Below are positions 31,404 through 41,167 of a stretch of 64,000 nucleotides of DNA, piece by piece (position 1 is the first letter of the stretch; the number at the start of each line of letters is the position of its first letter). The notes under the pieces were generated by a model, which had not been told where the DNA came from, did no database searches, and was given only the letters and a program-made list of their open reading frames with translations. Both the position numbers and the translations under genes were made by a program. The stretch comes from an uncultured Clostridia bacterium (GTDB lineage: Bacteria > Bacillota > Limnochordia > Darwinibacteriales > DTU012), in NCBI GenBank assembly GCA_900019385.1, contig FIZJ01000006.1, positions 94,593-158,592 on the forward strand, written 5' to 3'.

Positions 31404-32492
31404 ATGGACTGTTGGGTTGGCCGAGGCACTGTTGTTGAAATAACCGCAGACAAAGGTTCCAAGCAGGAGTTGAAGGTACTAATCGACAATAAGGATGAAA
31501 AGGCCGTGAATTTCCCCTCATTGACCGGCAGATGTGAAGCAGGGGATGAGGTGATTCTCAACACCACCGGCGTATCGTTGGGATTGGGATCGGGCGGTTT
31601 TCACTTCGTCATGGGAATAGTGGGGAAAGAGTGTCAACCATCGCCTGGAGCTGGCCATATTGTCAAGCTCCGCTATACCCCCAGTCAAGGGCGGGTTTTG
31701 AGTGTGGAAGAGCCCGATAGTCCTTTTCACGGTATCTTTTCCTCTGAGGCCTCCATAACGGGGATGCCAGTGGCGGTTGGTTCGCTCCACAGCATGCTGG
31801 CACCGGTGTGCATCGGCTTCAAACACTTGAATCCAGAGGGACGGATAGTCTACCTGATGAGTGACGGCGCTTGCCTGCCGCTGGCATTGAGCGATACGGT
31901 ACAAACCCTCCTGGAACGAGGGCTTCTTGATGACACAATAACTTTCAACCATGCTTTCGGCGGCCATTATGAAGCTGTGAACGTGTACAGCGCTCTGTTG
32001 GCCGCAAGGCATGTCTGCAGCGCCGACGCCGCGGTTATCCTCATGGGGCCTGGCGTAGTCGGTACCGGCACCACGTGGGGTACAACTGGTCTGGAGCAGG
32101 GTATATATTTGAACGCCGTGAATACCCTAAAGGGGTATCCTATAGGCGTCGCGCGGCTCAGCTTTGCGGATCCGCGCCTCCGTCATCAGGGTATCAGTCA
32201 TCACACACTTACTGCCCTGGGACTGATTTGTGAGCGCCCGTGCACAGTTCCTCTGCCCGCCGACCTTCAAGGCTTTCAGCTGATAAAGGACCAGTTAGGC
32301 CAGTTAGAACGGCATCATATTCAGTGGGTGGACATCACAGCCTATCGCAGACTGCTTCAGCATGCCCCGGTCGAGCTCAGATCGATGGGGCGCGATTACC
32401 ATGCCGATCCTTACTTTTTTGAAGCAGCACTAGCGGCCGGCCTGCATGCGGCTGAATATTGTAATGCTTGTGCCACTCGCCAAGAGTCGTGA
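31404..32492 (+). CDS. Conserved hypothetical protein (362 aa, soluble, Gly-rich loops). No family is confidently recognisable from sequence.
   Basis: Strong TAGGAGGTAG RBS 5 nt upstream of the ATG. Uniform coding look. Contains GVSLGLGSGGFHFVMG and MGPGVVGTGTTWG glycine-rich segments. Confidence 0.6.
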   Translation: MDCWVGRGTVVEITADKGSKQELKVLIDNKDEKAVNFPSLTGRCEAGDEVILNTTGVSLGLGSGGFHFVMGIVGKECQPSPGAGHIVKLRYTPSQGRVLSVEEPDSPFHGIFSSEASITGMPVAVGSLHSMLAPVCIGFKHLNPEGRIVYLMSDGACLPLALSDTVQTLLERGLLDDTITFNHAFGGHYEAVNVYSALLAARHVCSADAAVILMGPGVVGTGTTWGTTGLEQGIYLNAVNTLKGYPIGVARLSFADPRLRHQGISHHTLTALGLICERPCTVPLPADLQGFQLIKDQLGQLERHHIQWVDITAYRRLLQHAPVELRSMGRDYHADPYFFEAALAAGLHAAEYCNACATRQES

Positions 32493-32630
32493 ATTTGTTC
32501 GCGGCATGATTGATTTGCGCCAAAACCCAGTCCTTTTTGCCGATGATCACAATCACTGTCAACCCTCCTCTGAGCCTGCCCTAGTAGTCTATGCGTTTTT
32601 TCAAGATTGATGTCAGCAAGGAGGATTGCT

Positions 32631-33248
32631 GTGAGGACTTTGATTTTGGTCCGCCATGGCGAATCATTGTGGAATAGAACCGGAAAGTATCAAGGCCAGC
32701 AAGATATAGGCTTGTCCAGCGAAGGCGTCCGTCAGGCAGAAAGACTAGCCGAATTCTTCAGTTCTTGGCGTTTTGAGGCGATCTACGCTAGCGACCTCGC
32801 CAGAGCTAGAGACACAGCCGCTGCCATAGCAAAGCGCCATGCGCTTCCGGTAATCATGGACGCTCGGCTTCGGGAATACGCGTTTGGGACATGGGAAGGA
32901 TTGACACGGGAAGAGATCGAACTTAGGTATGCGGAACTATTCGCTAAAAGGAAACAAGACATCAATACACCCATACCCGGCGGTGAAACAGGAGCCCAAG
33001 TGCAGGCCCGTGCTATGGAGTGGCTTAGGGAGACAACTGCCGCCCATATCGGGACAGTCTTGGCAGTCAGCCACAGCGGTACGATCCGGACGCTTATCGC
33101 AGGAATTCTCGATACAGATATCACCAAGTGCCACCGATTGAGAATCGCCAACTGTGGATACTCCATCATCCGCAGTGAAGGCAAAGGCCCACAGTTTCGA
33201 TTCTATATCGAAGGAGTCAACTGTTCGCCGTGGCTTGAACCCCTGTGA
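32631..33248 (+). CDS. Histidine phosphatase superfamily (phosphoglycerate mutase-like / alpha-ribazole phosphatase-like). The ORF opens at 32607; the start is GTG 32631 after an AAGGAGGA RBS.
   Basis: LVRHGESLWN catalytic RHG motif, and H at ..VSHSGTIR. Confidence 0.85.
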   Translation: MRTLILVRHGESLWNRTGKYQGQQDIGLSSEGVRQAERLAEFFSSWRFEAIYASDLARARDTAAAIAKRHALPVIMDARLREYAFGTWEGLTREEIELRYAELFAKRKQDINTPIPGGETGAQVQARAMEWLRETTAAHIGTVLAVSHSGTIRTLIAGILDTDITKCHRLRIANCGYSIIRSEGKGPQFRFYIEGVNCSPWLEPL

Positions 33249-33307
33249 CATAACTCTGTCCTTCTTGTCATATGATTCGCTAGACAGGCAAGAAGGAGGT
33301 AAGAGCG

Positions 33308-33925
33308 ATGCTGTATTATTTCCGGCAGCGCCTGGCCGTTTTGGCCGCGGTTGTGCTTCTGTTCCTGATGGGTGTGGGGTTCGGATCGATAGCTGCCGGT
33401 ACTCTGTCTCAGCCTCAGGCTGCGGATCTCCGGGAGTATCTGCTCAAATTCTATGCCAATTTGCCGCAAGAACTGGCCGGCACCGGCCGTCATGCGCTGG
33501 CGCGGCGGGCTCTAGTCGACAACATCGTCAAGATCAGCGGATTGATATGGGTTTTGGGTATGACCATCATTGGAGTCCCATTGGTTTTCGGCATTGTTTT
33601 CGTGCGGGGATTCGTTTTGGGTTTTACCGCTGGTTTCATCATAGCCGAAATGAAGCTCGGCGGTATTGTGATAGCGGCCGCTTCGCTCTTGCCTCACAAC
33701 CTGCTTTTGATTCCCGCGCTGATTATTGCCTCCACGGCAGCGCTGTCGTTCGCAGGAGCCGCAGTGCGGACCTTGATCGGTACAGAGCATGGCGGTATTG
33801 TCAACCAGTTTTTAGCCACCACATTCATCATCTTTATGACCAGCCTGCTTCTGGCTGCGGCATCTTTGGTGGAGATGTACATAACACCTGAATTAATGCA
33901 GCTGTCAAGGCGGCTGATCATGTGA
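33308..33925 (+). CDS. spoIIM: Stage II sporulation protein M
   Basis: 205-aa polytopic membrane protein, SpoIIM-like. Sits immediately upstream of xerD-deoB, as in B. subtilis (spoIIM-fur-ripX-drm). Confidence 0.75.
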   Translation: MLYYFRQRLAVLAAVVLLFLMGVGFGSIAAGTLSQPQAADLREYLLKFYANLPQELAGTGRHALARRALVDNIVKISGLIWVLGMTIIGVPLVFGIVFVRGFVLGFTAGFIIAEMKLGGIVIAAASLLPHNLLLIPALIIASTAALSFAGAAVRTLIGTEHGGIVNQFLATTFIIFMTSLLLAAASLVEMYITPELMQLSRRLIM

Positions 33926-33935
33926 GCAAGGGTGA

Positions 33936-34871
33936 TTGGCTTTGGAACAGGAACTTAATTTACTACGGGATTACCTCAACCACTTGGTGGTGGAACGGGG
34001 CTTGAGCAAAAACACCACAGAGGCATACCACAGTGATCTGAGCCAGTTTTTCAGTTTTCTGAAAGAACGAAAACTTTCCTGCCTGGATGTTACCGCCGAC
34101 ACGATTGTCGATTTCCTTGGCACACTGGAGTCACAGACGGCAGGAAAGCCTACCACTCTGGCCAGAAAGACATCGGCCATCAGAGGTTTTTACCAGTACC
34201 TGCTCATCGAGGAACTGATAGGGGAGAACCCATGCAGTCTGCTGGAAAACGCCAAAGCGGAGTCAACACTGCCGGATGTCCTAACTGTCGCTGAAGTGGA
34301 CAAGCTGCTCAGCTCGCCGGACTTGACCTCAAAAATGGGCTATCGTGATCTGGCCATGCTGGAAGTGCTGTATGCCACAGGGCTCAGGGTTTCGGAACTC
34401 GTCGGTCTGAACCTAGGTGATATTGATCCACTAGGATTTGTGCGCTGCTTGGGCAAAGGAAACAAAGAGAGGATTGTGCCTATCGGCAGTAAGGCTCTGG
34501 CTGCAGTACAAGCGTATCTTGAACGCTGCCGCGCCAAAATTGTGAAGGATCGAAGCCAGCGGGCGCTGTTCGTGAATGCAAGAGGCAAACGGATCAGCCG
34601 GCAGGGTTTTTGGAAAATCCTCAATCATTATAAAAATCAATGCGGCATCAAAAAACATCTCAGCCCCCATACCCTCCGGCACTCTTTTGCCACTCATCTG
34701 ATCGCCAACGGAGCCGATCTGCGGTCGGTACAACAGATGCTTGGCCATGCGGATATCGCCACAACGCAGATTTACACACATCTAACCCGTGAGCATCTGC
34801 GCTCAGTATACCTTGCGGCCCATCCCCGATCGGAGAAGAAACCAAAGGAGGGAGCAGAGAACCATGGGTAG
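33936..34871 (+). CDS. xerD: Site-specific tyrosine recombinase XerD
   Basis: N-terminal core-binding domain. Catalytic R..HxxR..Y (LRHSFATHLI, ...TQIYTH). Confidence 0.9.
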   Translation: MALEQELNLLRDYLNHLVVERGLSKNTTEAYHSDLSQFFSFLKERKLSCLDVTADTIVDFLGTLESQTAGKPTTLARKTSAIRGFYQYLLIEELIGENPCSLLENAKAESTLPDVLTVAEVDKLLSSPDLTSKMGYRDLAMLEVLYATGLRVSELVGLNLGDIDPLGFVRCLGKGNKERIVPIGSKALAAVQAYLERCRAKIVKDRSQRALFVNARGKRISRQGFWKILNHYKNQCGIKKHLSPHTLRHSFATHLIANGADLRSVQQMLGHADIATTQIYTHLTREHLRSVYLAAHPRSEKKPKEGAENHG

Positions 34872-36051
34872 ATTTGTGCTGATCGTATTGGACAGTGTAG
34901 GAGTCGGCGAGCTTCCTGACGCTTGGAAATATCAAGATCAAGGCAGCGATACACTTGGCAATGTCGCCGAGGCTGTCGGGGGCCTCAGGTTGCCGAATCT
35001 GGAGCGTCTTGGGCTGGGCAATATTCATCCAATTCTGGGCGTTTCACCGCAAGCAAATCCCTTCGCGGCCTGGGGAAGAATGGCTGAACGGTCTTACGGC
35101 AAGGACACAACCACGGGGCATTGGGAAATAGCCGGAATCATCCTAGACAAACCGTTCCCCACATACCCGAACGGTTTTCCAGAGCAGGTTATCGCAGCAT
35201 TTTCGCAGGCGATCGGAAAACCTGTGTTGGGAAACAAAACAGCGTCTGGCACCGAAATAATTGATGAGCTTGGCCCGGAGCATCTTCAGTCCGGCTCACC
35301 CATCGTTTACACCTCAGCCGACAGTGTATTTCAGATCGCCGCCCATGAGGAGATCGTCCCTTTGGACACACTTTACAGTTGGTGCCTCGCTGCCCGTCAG
35401 ATACTTACCGGTGAACATGCTGTGGGCAGAGTGATTGCCCGCCCCTTTATCGGAAAGGCCGGCAGCTTTCAGCGCACATCAAACCGCAGGGACTTCAGCC
35501 TGCCGCCTGTAGGTAAAACCGTTTTCGATTATCTGTACGAACACCATGTTCCCACAACTGCAATCGGCAAGATCAACGACATTTTTGCCGGCCGGGGAAT
35601 TCAGCAACACTTTGACGCCCACGGCAATAACCAAGTCGTCGCCGCTGTGTTGGAAGCACTGCGAACGACATCTTGCGGTTTGATCTTTGCCAATCTGGGG
35701 GATTTTGACACTTTGTGGGGACACCGCAATAATCCACAGGGGTACGCTGAGGCTCTCAGTGAATTCGACCAGAAGCTGCCTGTTATCATAGATTGCCTTA
35801 AGCAGGACGATGTTCTCTGTATCACTGCGGATCACGGCTGCGATCCCACAACACCAAGCACTGATCACTCCCGGGAATACGTGCCGCTTCTGATCTGCGG
35901 GCCCCAAGTCAAGCCCGTAAGCTTGGGCACCAGAGCTACCTTTTCCGATGTCTCCCAGACAATCAGCGAGTTTTTTGGACTTGAGCCGGTCTTTCCTGGG
36001 GAGAGTTTTTGGCAGCTAATAAACAGAGGTGACCTGGATGGATATGTATGA
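34864..36051 (+). CDS. deoB: Phosphopentomutase. The ORF opens at 34789; the start is ATG 34864 (MGRFVLIVLDSVG).
   Basis: Alkaline-phosphatase-superfamily pattern, with N-terminal LDSVG and C-terminal DHG.DPT.. metal ligands. Confidence 0.92.
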   Translation: MGRFVLIVLDSVGVGELPDAWKYQDQGSDTLGNVAEAVGGLRLPNLERLGLGNIHPILGVSPQANPFAAWGRMAERSYGKDTTTGHWEIAGIILDKPFPTYPNGFPEQVIAAFSQAIGKPVLGNKTASGTEIIDELGPEHLQSGSPIVYTSADSVFQIAAHEEIVPLDTLYSWCLAARQILTGEHAVGRVIARPFIGKAGSFQRTSNRRDFSLPPVGKTVFDYLYEHHVPTTAIGKINDIFAGRGIQQHFDAHGNNQVVAAVLEALRTTSCGLIFANLGDFDTLWGHRNNPQGYAEALSEFDQKLPVIIDCLKQDDVLCITADHGCDPTTPSTDHSREYVPLLICGPQVKPVSLGTRATFSDVSQTISEFFGLEPVFPGESFWQLINRGDLDGYV

Positions 36052-37348
36052 CTTGATTCTCAAAAAACGCGGCGGTGGAGAGCTGGATACCGAGGAAATC
36101 AAGTTTCTTGTTGAAAACTACACACAAGGGTTGATTCCCGATTACCAAATGGCGGCTTTTTGTATGGCGGTTTATTTTCAGGGCATGAGCCAGCGGGAAA
36201 CAGCGGACATGGCTCTAGCTATGGCCAGTTCAGGAATGCAGTATGACCTGTCGTCAATCAGCGGAACGATCATTGACAAGCATTCCACCGGAGGCGTGGG
36301 AGACACGACGACCTTGATTGTGGCGCCGTTGGTTGCCAGCTGTGGCGTGCCGGTCGCCAAGATGTCCGGAAGGGGTTTGGGCCATACCGGCGGCACGATT
36401 GACAAATTGGAGAGTATACCTGGATTCACATGCGAATTAATGCCTGATCAATTTATCGATCAAGTGAACAGTATCAAAATCGGAATAATCAGCCAGTCTG
36501 CGACCATCGCTCCTGCAGACAAGCTGCTCTACGCCCTACGTGATGTGACGGCGACGGTGGACTCCATACCTTTGATCGCTTCATCGATTATGAGTAAAAA
36601 AATCGCGGCTGGAGCCGATGGGTTCGTTTTGGACGTCAAGACAGGCAATGGTGCCTTCATGCGGGAAAGAGAACAGGCGGTAAGCCTGGCCAAAGCCATG
36701 GTGTCTATTGGTAAAGAAGCAGGCAAACCCACGGTGGCATTAATCACCGATATGGATCAGCCGCTCGGGTACACGATCGGCAATGCCCTGGAAGTCAAGG
36801 AAGCCATTCAAACTCTGGCGGGAGAAGGGGCTTGGGACCTGACAGAACTCTGTCTTCGGATCGGGGCGGAAATGCTTGTTTTGGCAGGGCACTCCGCTCG
36901 GCCCGAGGATGCTTACCAAGTGCTGCAGGAAAAACTGAGTTCTGGGGCAGGCTTGGACAAGCTGCGGGAGTTGATCACAAGACAAGGTGGCAATCCTGCG
37001 GTTATCGACGAACCGTCGCTGCTTCCCCAGGCAGCGTACCAGACAGTGATCAGAAGCGAACGGAGCGGCTATGTCAAATGCATTGACGCCTTGAAAGCCG
37101 GCAGGCTGGTCATGCAGCTTGGTGCAGGACGCCAGACGAAAGAGAGTTCTGTAGATTTAAGTGTCGGTATTGAGCTCTGTCAGAAAGTGGGATCGTATGT
37201 TCAACAAGACGATGTCTTGGCAGTTGTTCACAGCAACCGGCCCATCAGCGGTGAATATGCGGCTGCCCTTGACTGTTTCACCATAAGCCAGGCTCCGCCT
37301 CGGCACCGTCCACTGATATGGCAAAAAATTACAGCTGAAGATGTATAA
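36038..37348 (+). CDS. pdp: Pyrimidine-nucleoside (thymidine) phosphorylase
   Basis: ..KHSTGGVGDTT.., and the glycosyltransferase family 3 pattern. 437 aa. Confidence 0.92.
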   Translation: MDMYDLILKKRGGGELDTEEIKFLVENYTQGLIPDYQMAAFCMAVYFQGMSQRETADMALAMASSGMQYDLSSISGTIIDKHSTGGVGDTTTLIVAPLVASCGVPVAKMSGRGLGHTGGTIDKLESIPGFTCELMPDQFIDQVNSIKIGIISQSATIAPADKLLYALRDVTATVDSIPLIASSIMSKKIAAGADGFVLDVKTGNGAFMREREQAVSLAKAMVSIGKEAGKPTVALITDMDQPLGYTIGNALEVKEAIQTLAGEGAWDLTELCLRIGAEMLVLAGHSARPEDAYQVLQEKLSSGAGLDKLRELITRQGGNPAVIDEPSLLPQAAYQTVIRSERSGYVKCIDALKAGRLVMQLGAGRQTKESSVDLSVGIELCQKVGSYVQQDDVLAVVHSNRPISGEYAAALDCFTISQAPPRHRPLIWQKITAEDV

Positions 37349-37393
37349 TGAGCAGTCCGCCCCCATACATTTAAGGAAGGGGGAGGTGTTCAT

Positions 37394-38578
37394 GTGCGAT
37401 ATCCCATGCTTGTACGTTTAGCGGCGGTTGCATTGATCACCGCTGTTTGTTCTTTTGTCTGCGCCGCCGCTGAACTCGACCTGTCGGCCAAAGCGGCGCT
37501 TTTGATGGAAGCACACAGCGGCCGAATCCTGTATGCCGAAAATATAGACGAACCGCTGCCGGTAGCCAGCATTTCCAAACTTATGACTCTGATCCTGGTC
37601 CTGGAAGCGGTTGATACAGGCATGATAGCTCTCAACGATCTGGTTACGGCCAGTGAATACGCAGCTTCTATGGGTGGATCGCAGGTTTGGTTGGAAAAAG
37701 GTGAACAGCTGACGCTTGAGGAACTGCTGTACGCCGTGGCGGTGGGCAGCGGCAATGATGCTTCAGTGGCGGTTGCCGAATACCTGGCTGGCTCAGAATC
37801 GGCGTTTGTCGCACTCATGAACCAAAAGGCAGCAGAACTGGGTTTGACCAACACCGAGTACAGCAATGCCAGCGGGCTGCCTCCAAGTCTTCTAGGAAGC
37901 TCGGGTCGTCAGGTGATGAGCGCCCGGGACGTGGCGGTGCTTTGCCGGTATGCGCTGAACGTGCCGCGGCTGCTTGATTTTGTCTCCACATACGAATACA
38001 CAATGCGGGCGGATACCACCCGTAAACCGGTGCTTTGGAACTATAACAAACTCCTGCGCCGCTATCAAGGGGTTGACGGCTTCAAAACCGGGTATACAAC
38101 AGAAGCTGGTCACTGTATAGCAGCCACAGCCGTGCGGGGAGGCCTGCGCCTGATAGCGGTCGTGCTCGGCAGTACCAGCGAAGCGGCCAGAGAGAGTGAT
38201 GTGACCAAACTTTTGGATCTTGGGTTTAGGGAATACACATACCACTTGATCCATCCCCAGGGGACGGTTGTAGGTGAAATAGTGGTTCCAAAAGGTGATC
38301 CCGAAACTGTCAAGCTCATTGTCGGCCAAGATTTCTACGCTCCGGTAAAAAGGGGCGAACAGGATCAGATCAAGATCAGCATCGAGGTTGATGAGCGGCT
38401 TCAGGTTCCCATTTCGCAAGAAACAACCATCGGTGCCATCTCAGCGTATCTGGGAGAACTGTTGTTAGGTAAGGCCGATATCAAACCTGAACAAAGCGTT
38501 GCCCGCAGCTCAGTTTTCAAGCTCATGACGCGGATAACCAGACAAATGATCCGCAGTTTGACCGAAGGAAGCTTGTGA
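37394..38578 (+). CDS. dacF: D-alanyl-D-alanine carboxypeptidase (S11, PBP5 type), DacF-like
   Basis: Signal peptide, SISKLM (SxxK), SGN, and KTG motifs. Immediately upstream of spoIIAA, as with B. subtilis dacF. Confidence 0.9.
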   Translation: MRYPMLVRLAAVALITAVCSFVCAAAELDLSAKAALLMEAHSGRILYAENIDEPLPVASISKLMTLILVLEAVDTGMIALNDLVTASEYAASMGGSQVWLEKGEQLTLEELLYAVAVGSGNDASVAVAEYLAGSESAFVALMNQKAAELGLTNTEYSNASGLPPSLLGSSGRQVMSARDVAVLCRYALNVPRLLDFVSTYEYTMRADTTRKPVLWNYNKLLRRYQGVDGFKTGYTTEAGHCIAATAVRGGLRLIAVVLGSTSEAARESDVTKLLDLGFREYTYHLIHPQGTVVGEIVVPKGDPETVKLIVGQDFYAPVKRGEQDQIKISIEVDERLQVPISQETTIGAISAYLGELLLGKADIKPEQSVARSSVFKLMTRITRQMIRSLTEGSL

Positions 38579-38596
38579 AGCTTCCTTTCGTTTTAT
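38563..38596 (+). terminator. Intrinsic terminator overlapping the dacF stop
   Basis: cGAAGGAAGCTT-gtg-AAGCTTCCTTtcg followed by TTTT. Confidence 0.55.
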
Positions 38597-38602
38597 GCCG
38601 GG

Positions 38603-38629
38603 CAGGAATTTGACTTGCCGAGATGAATA
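38603..38629 (+). promoter_or_regulatory. Candidate sigma-H-type promoter for the spoIIA operon
   Basis: AGGAATT (38604-38610), 11 nt, then gatGAAT (38622-38628). Matches the sigH consensus RNAGGAWWW-N11-12-RNNGAAT. By analogy with the B. subtilis spoIIA promoter. Confidence 0.35.
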
Positions 38630-38682
38630 TCTACAAAATAGTCAACTTTATGAAAATGCAATCGAAGAGGGGAGGAGCGAGC

Positions 38683-39015
38683 TTGCTGTCGGCGGAAACG
38701 GTTAACCAAGCTCTGATTGTTACCCTTGAGGGCGAGTTGGACTTGCATACGGCACCGCCTTTCAAACAGTGCATCGACAGCCATCTGGCGAAGAACTTGG
38801 CACTGAAAGACCTTGTCCTGAAGATGGACAAGATCAATTTCATTGACAGTTCAGGTTTGGGTGTTATTCTGGGGCGTTACAAACTAATTCAAAAACGTGG
38901 CGGGAAGCTCATCTTCGTAGCCTGCAACCCCCAGGTTCACCGCATCCTCAAGCTTTCGGGCATGCAAAAGATTGCTTACTTTGCTGATTCAGTCAAGGAA
39001 GCCTTATCTTTATGA
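38683..39015 (+). CDS. spoIIAA: Anti-sigma F factor antagonist SpoIIAA (STAS domain). The ORF opens at 38623; the likely start is TTG 38683 after a GAGGGGAGGAG RBS, giving 110 aa.
   Basis: ..LIVTLEGELDLHTA...DSSGLGVILGRYK.. aligns with B. subtilis SpoIIAA, including the phospho-serine motif. Confidence 0.9.
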   Translation: MLSAETVNQALIVTLEGELDLHTAPPFKQCIDSHLAKNLALKDLVLKMDKINFIDSSGLGVILGRYKLIQKRGGKLIFVACNPQVHRILKLSGMQKIAYFADSVKEALSL

Positions 39016-39031
39016 TTAGGGAGGAGTAAGA

Positions 39032-39463
39032 ATGGAAGTTAAGAACTGGGTTAGACTGGAGTTCCCAAGTGAATCGGTGAACGTTTTGTTCGCCCGGACT
39101 GCGGTTGCCGTGTTTGCTTCCCAACTGGACATGACTCTGGAAGAGATTGAAGATATCAAGGTTGCGGTTTCTGAAGCAGTTTCCAACTGCGTCATCCATG
39201 CTTACCGAAACACTTCCGGCAATATCGTTCTCGAATGCCGGTATTCCCTGGAAGAACTGGAAATATCAGTAGAGGATTTCGGCTGCGGCATTCCGGACAT
39301 TGTTCAGGCGGCGGAGGCCGGGTATACGACGGTTCCCGAGGAAAGAATGGGCTTGGGGTTGGTATTCATTCATGAACTCATGGATCACGTGAATATTGCT
39401 TCGGAAGTGGGAAAAGGCACCAAGGTAATCATGACCAAGAACATCCCCCAAAACAGAGGATAG
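39032..39463 (+). CDS. spoIIAB: Anti-sigma F factor SpoIIAB (GHKL serine kinase)
   Basis: 143 aa, N-box ..EAVSNCVIHAY.., and G-box GLGL. Confidence 0.92.
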   Translation: MEVKNWVRLEFPSESVNVLFARTAVAVFASQLDMTLEEIEDIKVAVSEAVSNCVIHAYRNTSGNIVLECRYSLEELEISVEDFGCGIPDIVQAAEAGYTTVPEERMGLGLVFIHELMDHVNIASEVGKGTKVIMTKNIPQNRG

Positions 39464-39465
39464 GT

Positions 39466-40227
39466 GTGAAAATGAGCAATCTGACAATCAGCTTTCACGA
39501 CTATCCTATCCTGCCTGATCATGAAGTGCGCAGGCTGCTGAAGGAAGCCCAATCCGGCAGCGATGCAGCAAGGCAGAAATTGGTGGAATGCAACCTACGC
39601 CTGGTAAGAAGCATAGTGATGAGGTTCGCCCACCGGGATGCGGAAATGGACGATTTGTTTCAAATAGGGTGTATCGGCCTGATCAAGGCGATTGACGATT
39701 TCGATCTCAGTTATGATGTCAAGTTTTCCACTTACGCGGTACCGAAAATAATAGGAGAAATCAAACGTTATCTAAGGGAAGCGTCGCCAATGAAAATATC
39801 ACGTTCACTGCGGGAACTGGCCAGCCGAGCCTTGGCTGTCAAGGACAATCTTGCCAGCGAACTGGGCCGTCCGCCGCTGATTGGTGAAATTGCCGGTGAA
39901 CTGGGCGTTTCAAAGGAAGAGTTGATTGCGGCGCTGGAGGCGGTTGCCCCTGTAATGTCACTGCAGCAGGTAATCCTGGAGGATGAAGGGGAAGGTGTAA
40001 GACTTGAGGCTCAGATAGGCAGCGAACCGGACGGTGACGCACTTTACCTGAAAGATGTTTTGCAAAGCCTGGAACCGGATGAGCGGCGACTGCTTTTACT
40101 CCGCTATTTTGCGGAACAAAGCCAGGTGGAAGTGGCTAAAATTTTTGGTGTTTCCCAGGCGCACATATCGCGGATCGAAAAACGAATCCTGAACGAGCTA
40201 CGAAACAAACTTGAGACGAAGGGATGA
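39466..40227 (+). CDS. sigF: Sporulation sigma factor SigF
   Basis: Sigma-70 regions 2-4. ..RLVRSIVMRF.., DLFQIGCIGLIKAIDDFD, and an HTH in region 4. Confidence 0.92.
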   Translation: MKMSNLTISFHDYPILPDHEVRRLLKEAQSGSDAARQKLVECNLRLVRSIVMRFAHRDAEMDDLFQIGCIGLIKAIDDFDLSYDVKFSTYAVPKIIGEIKRYLREASPMKISRSLRELASRALAVKDNLASELGRPPLIGEIAGELGVSKEELIAALEAVAPVMSLQQVILEDEGEGVRLEAQIGSEPDGDALYLKDVLQSLEPDERRLLLLRYFAEQSQVEVAKIFGVSQAHISRIEKRILNELRNKLETKG

Positions 40228-41051
40228 TCTTTCGAGTGCCGGCAGATTTGCATTTACACACCACCGCATCCGACGGGACATGGAGTTTGCCTGAAGTGAT
40301 CAACATGGCTGAAGCATGCGGATTGACAACGATCTCCATTACAGATCACGACACAGTCGATGCTTTAACAACTTTATCGACATCACACACCGGCCTGGAG
40401 ATCATCGCGGGCATTGAATTCGGTACTGAATATTCAAGTCACGAAGTCCATATTCTTGGTTACGGCATAGATATTAGCAATCGGGCACTGCTGAAGACTC
40501 TTGAAACGCTTAAAGCAGAGCGCGAGTCCCGAGCCCGGGCCATGGTGGAACGCCTTAATGAACTCGGCTGCAGTATCACTTTCAGCCGTGTCAAAGAATT
40601 GGCCGGCCCTGGAACCATTGGGCGTGTCCATATCGCCCAAGCCTTAATGGGAGCTGGTTATACTCAAAGTGTCAGGGAAGGGTTCAGCCGATATTTGGAG
40701 ATCAACGGGCCTGCGTATGTGCCGCGGAAGAAACTTACCATCAGGAACGCCATCGAACTGATCAAAGGCGCGGGAGGTGTTCCGGTTTTGGCCCACCCAG
40801 GTCTGGTTGGTGATGATCAACTGGTAAAAGATGTCATCAACATGGGCGTGTTGGGCTTGGAAGTGATCCACTCCAGCCACGATCGTTGGCAAACTGGCAA
40901 ATACTATCGAATGGCTAGACAGATGCAGGTTGTCCCCACGGGAGGTTCTGACTGCCACGGCCCACAAGGCAAAGACAAAGCCCTGATCGGCAAATACGCC
41001 ATTCCCGACACCTGGGTGAGGGAACTGAAAGATCTGATGGCAGTTTCATGA
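40224..41051 (+). CDS. PHP-domain metal-dependent phosphoesterase
   Basis: DLHLHTTASDG...ISITDHDT PHP motifs. Overlaps the sigF stop. Confidence 0.8.
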   Translation: MIFRVPADLHLHTTASDGTWSLPEVINMAEACGLTTISITDHDTVDALTTLSTSHTGLEIIAGIEFGTEYSSHEVHILGYGIDISNRALLKTLETLKAERESRARAMVERLNELGCSITFSRVKELAGPGTIGRVHIAQALMGAGYTQSVREGFSRYLEINGPAYVPRKKLTIRNAIELIKGAGGVPVLAHPGLVGDDQLVKDVINMGVLGLEVIHSSHDRWQTGKYYRMARQMQVVPTGGSDCHGPQGKDKALIGKYAIPDTWVRELKDLMAVS

Positions 41052-41167
41052 ACTGCTCCCGCTTTTTACTTGAAGGTAAACGCGGCTGTGAAGCGAATTG
41101 ACCTAACAGACAGCATCTCCGGCCGGTTTAGACTACTGAACAACACCCAAGAACTGGAGGCGAGCCA

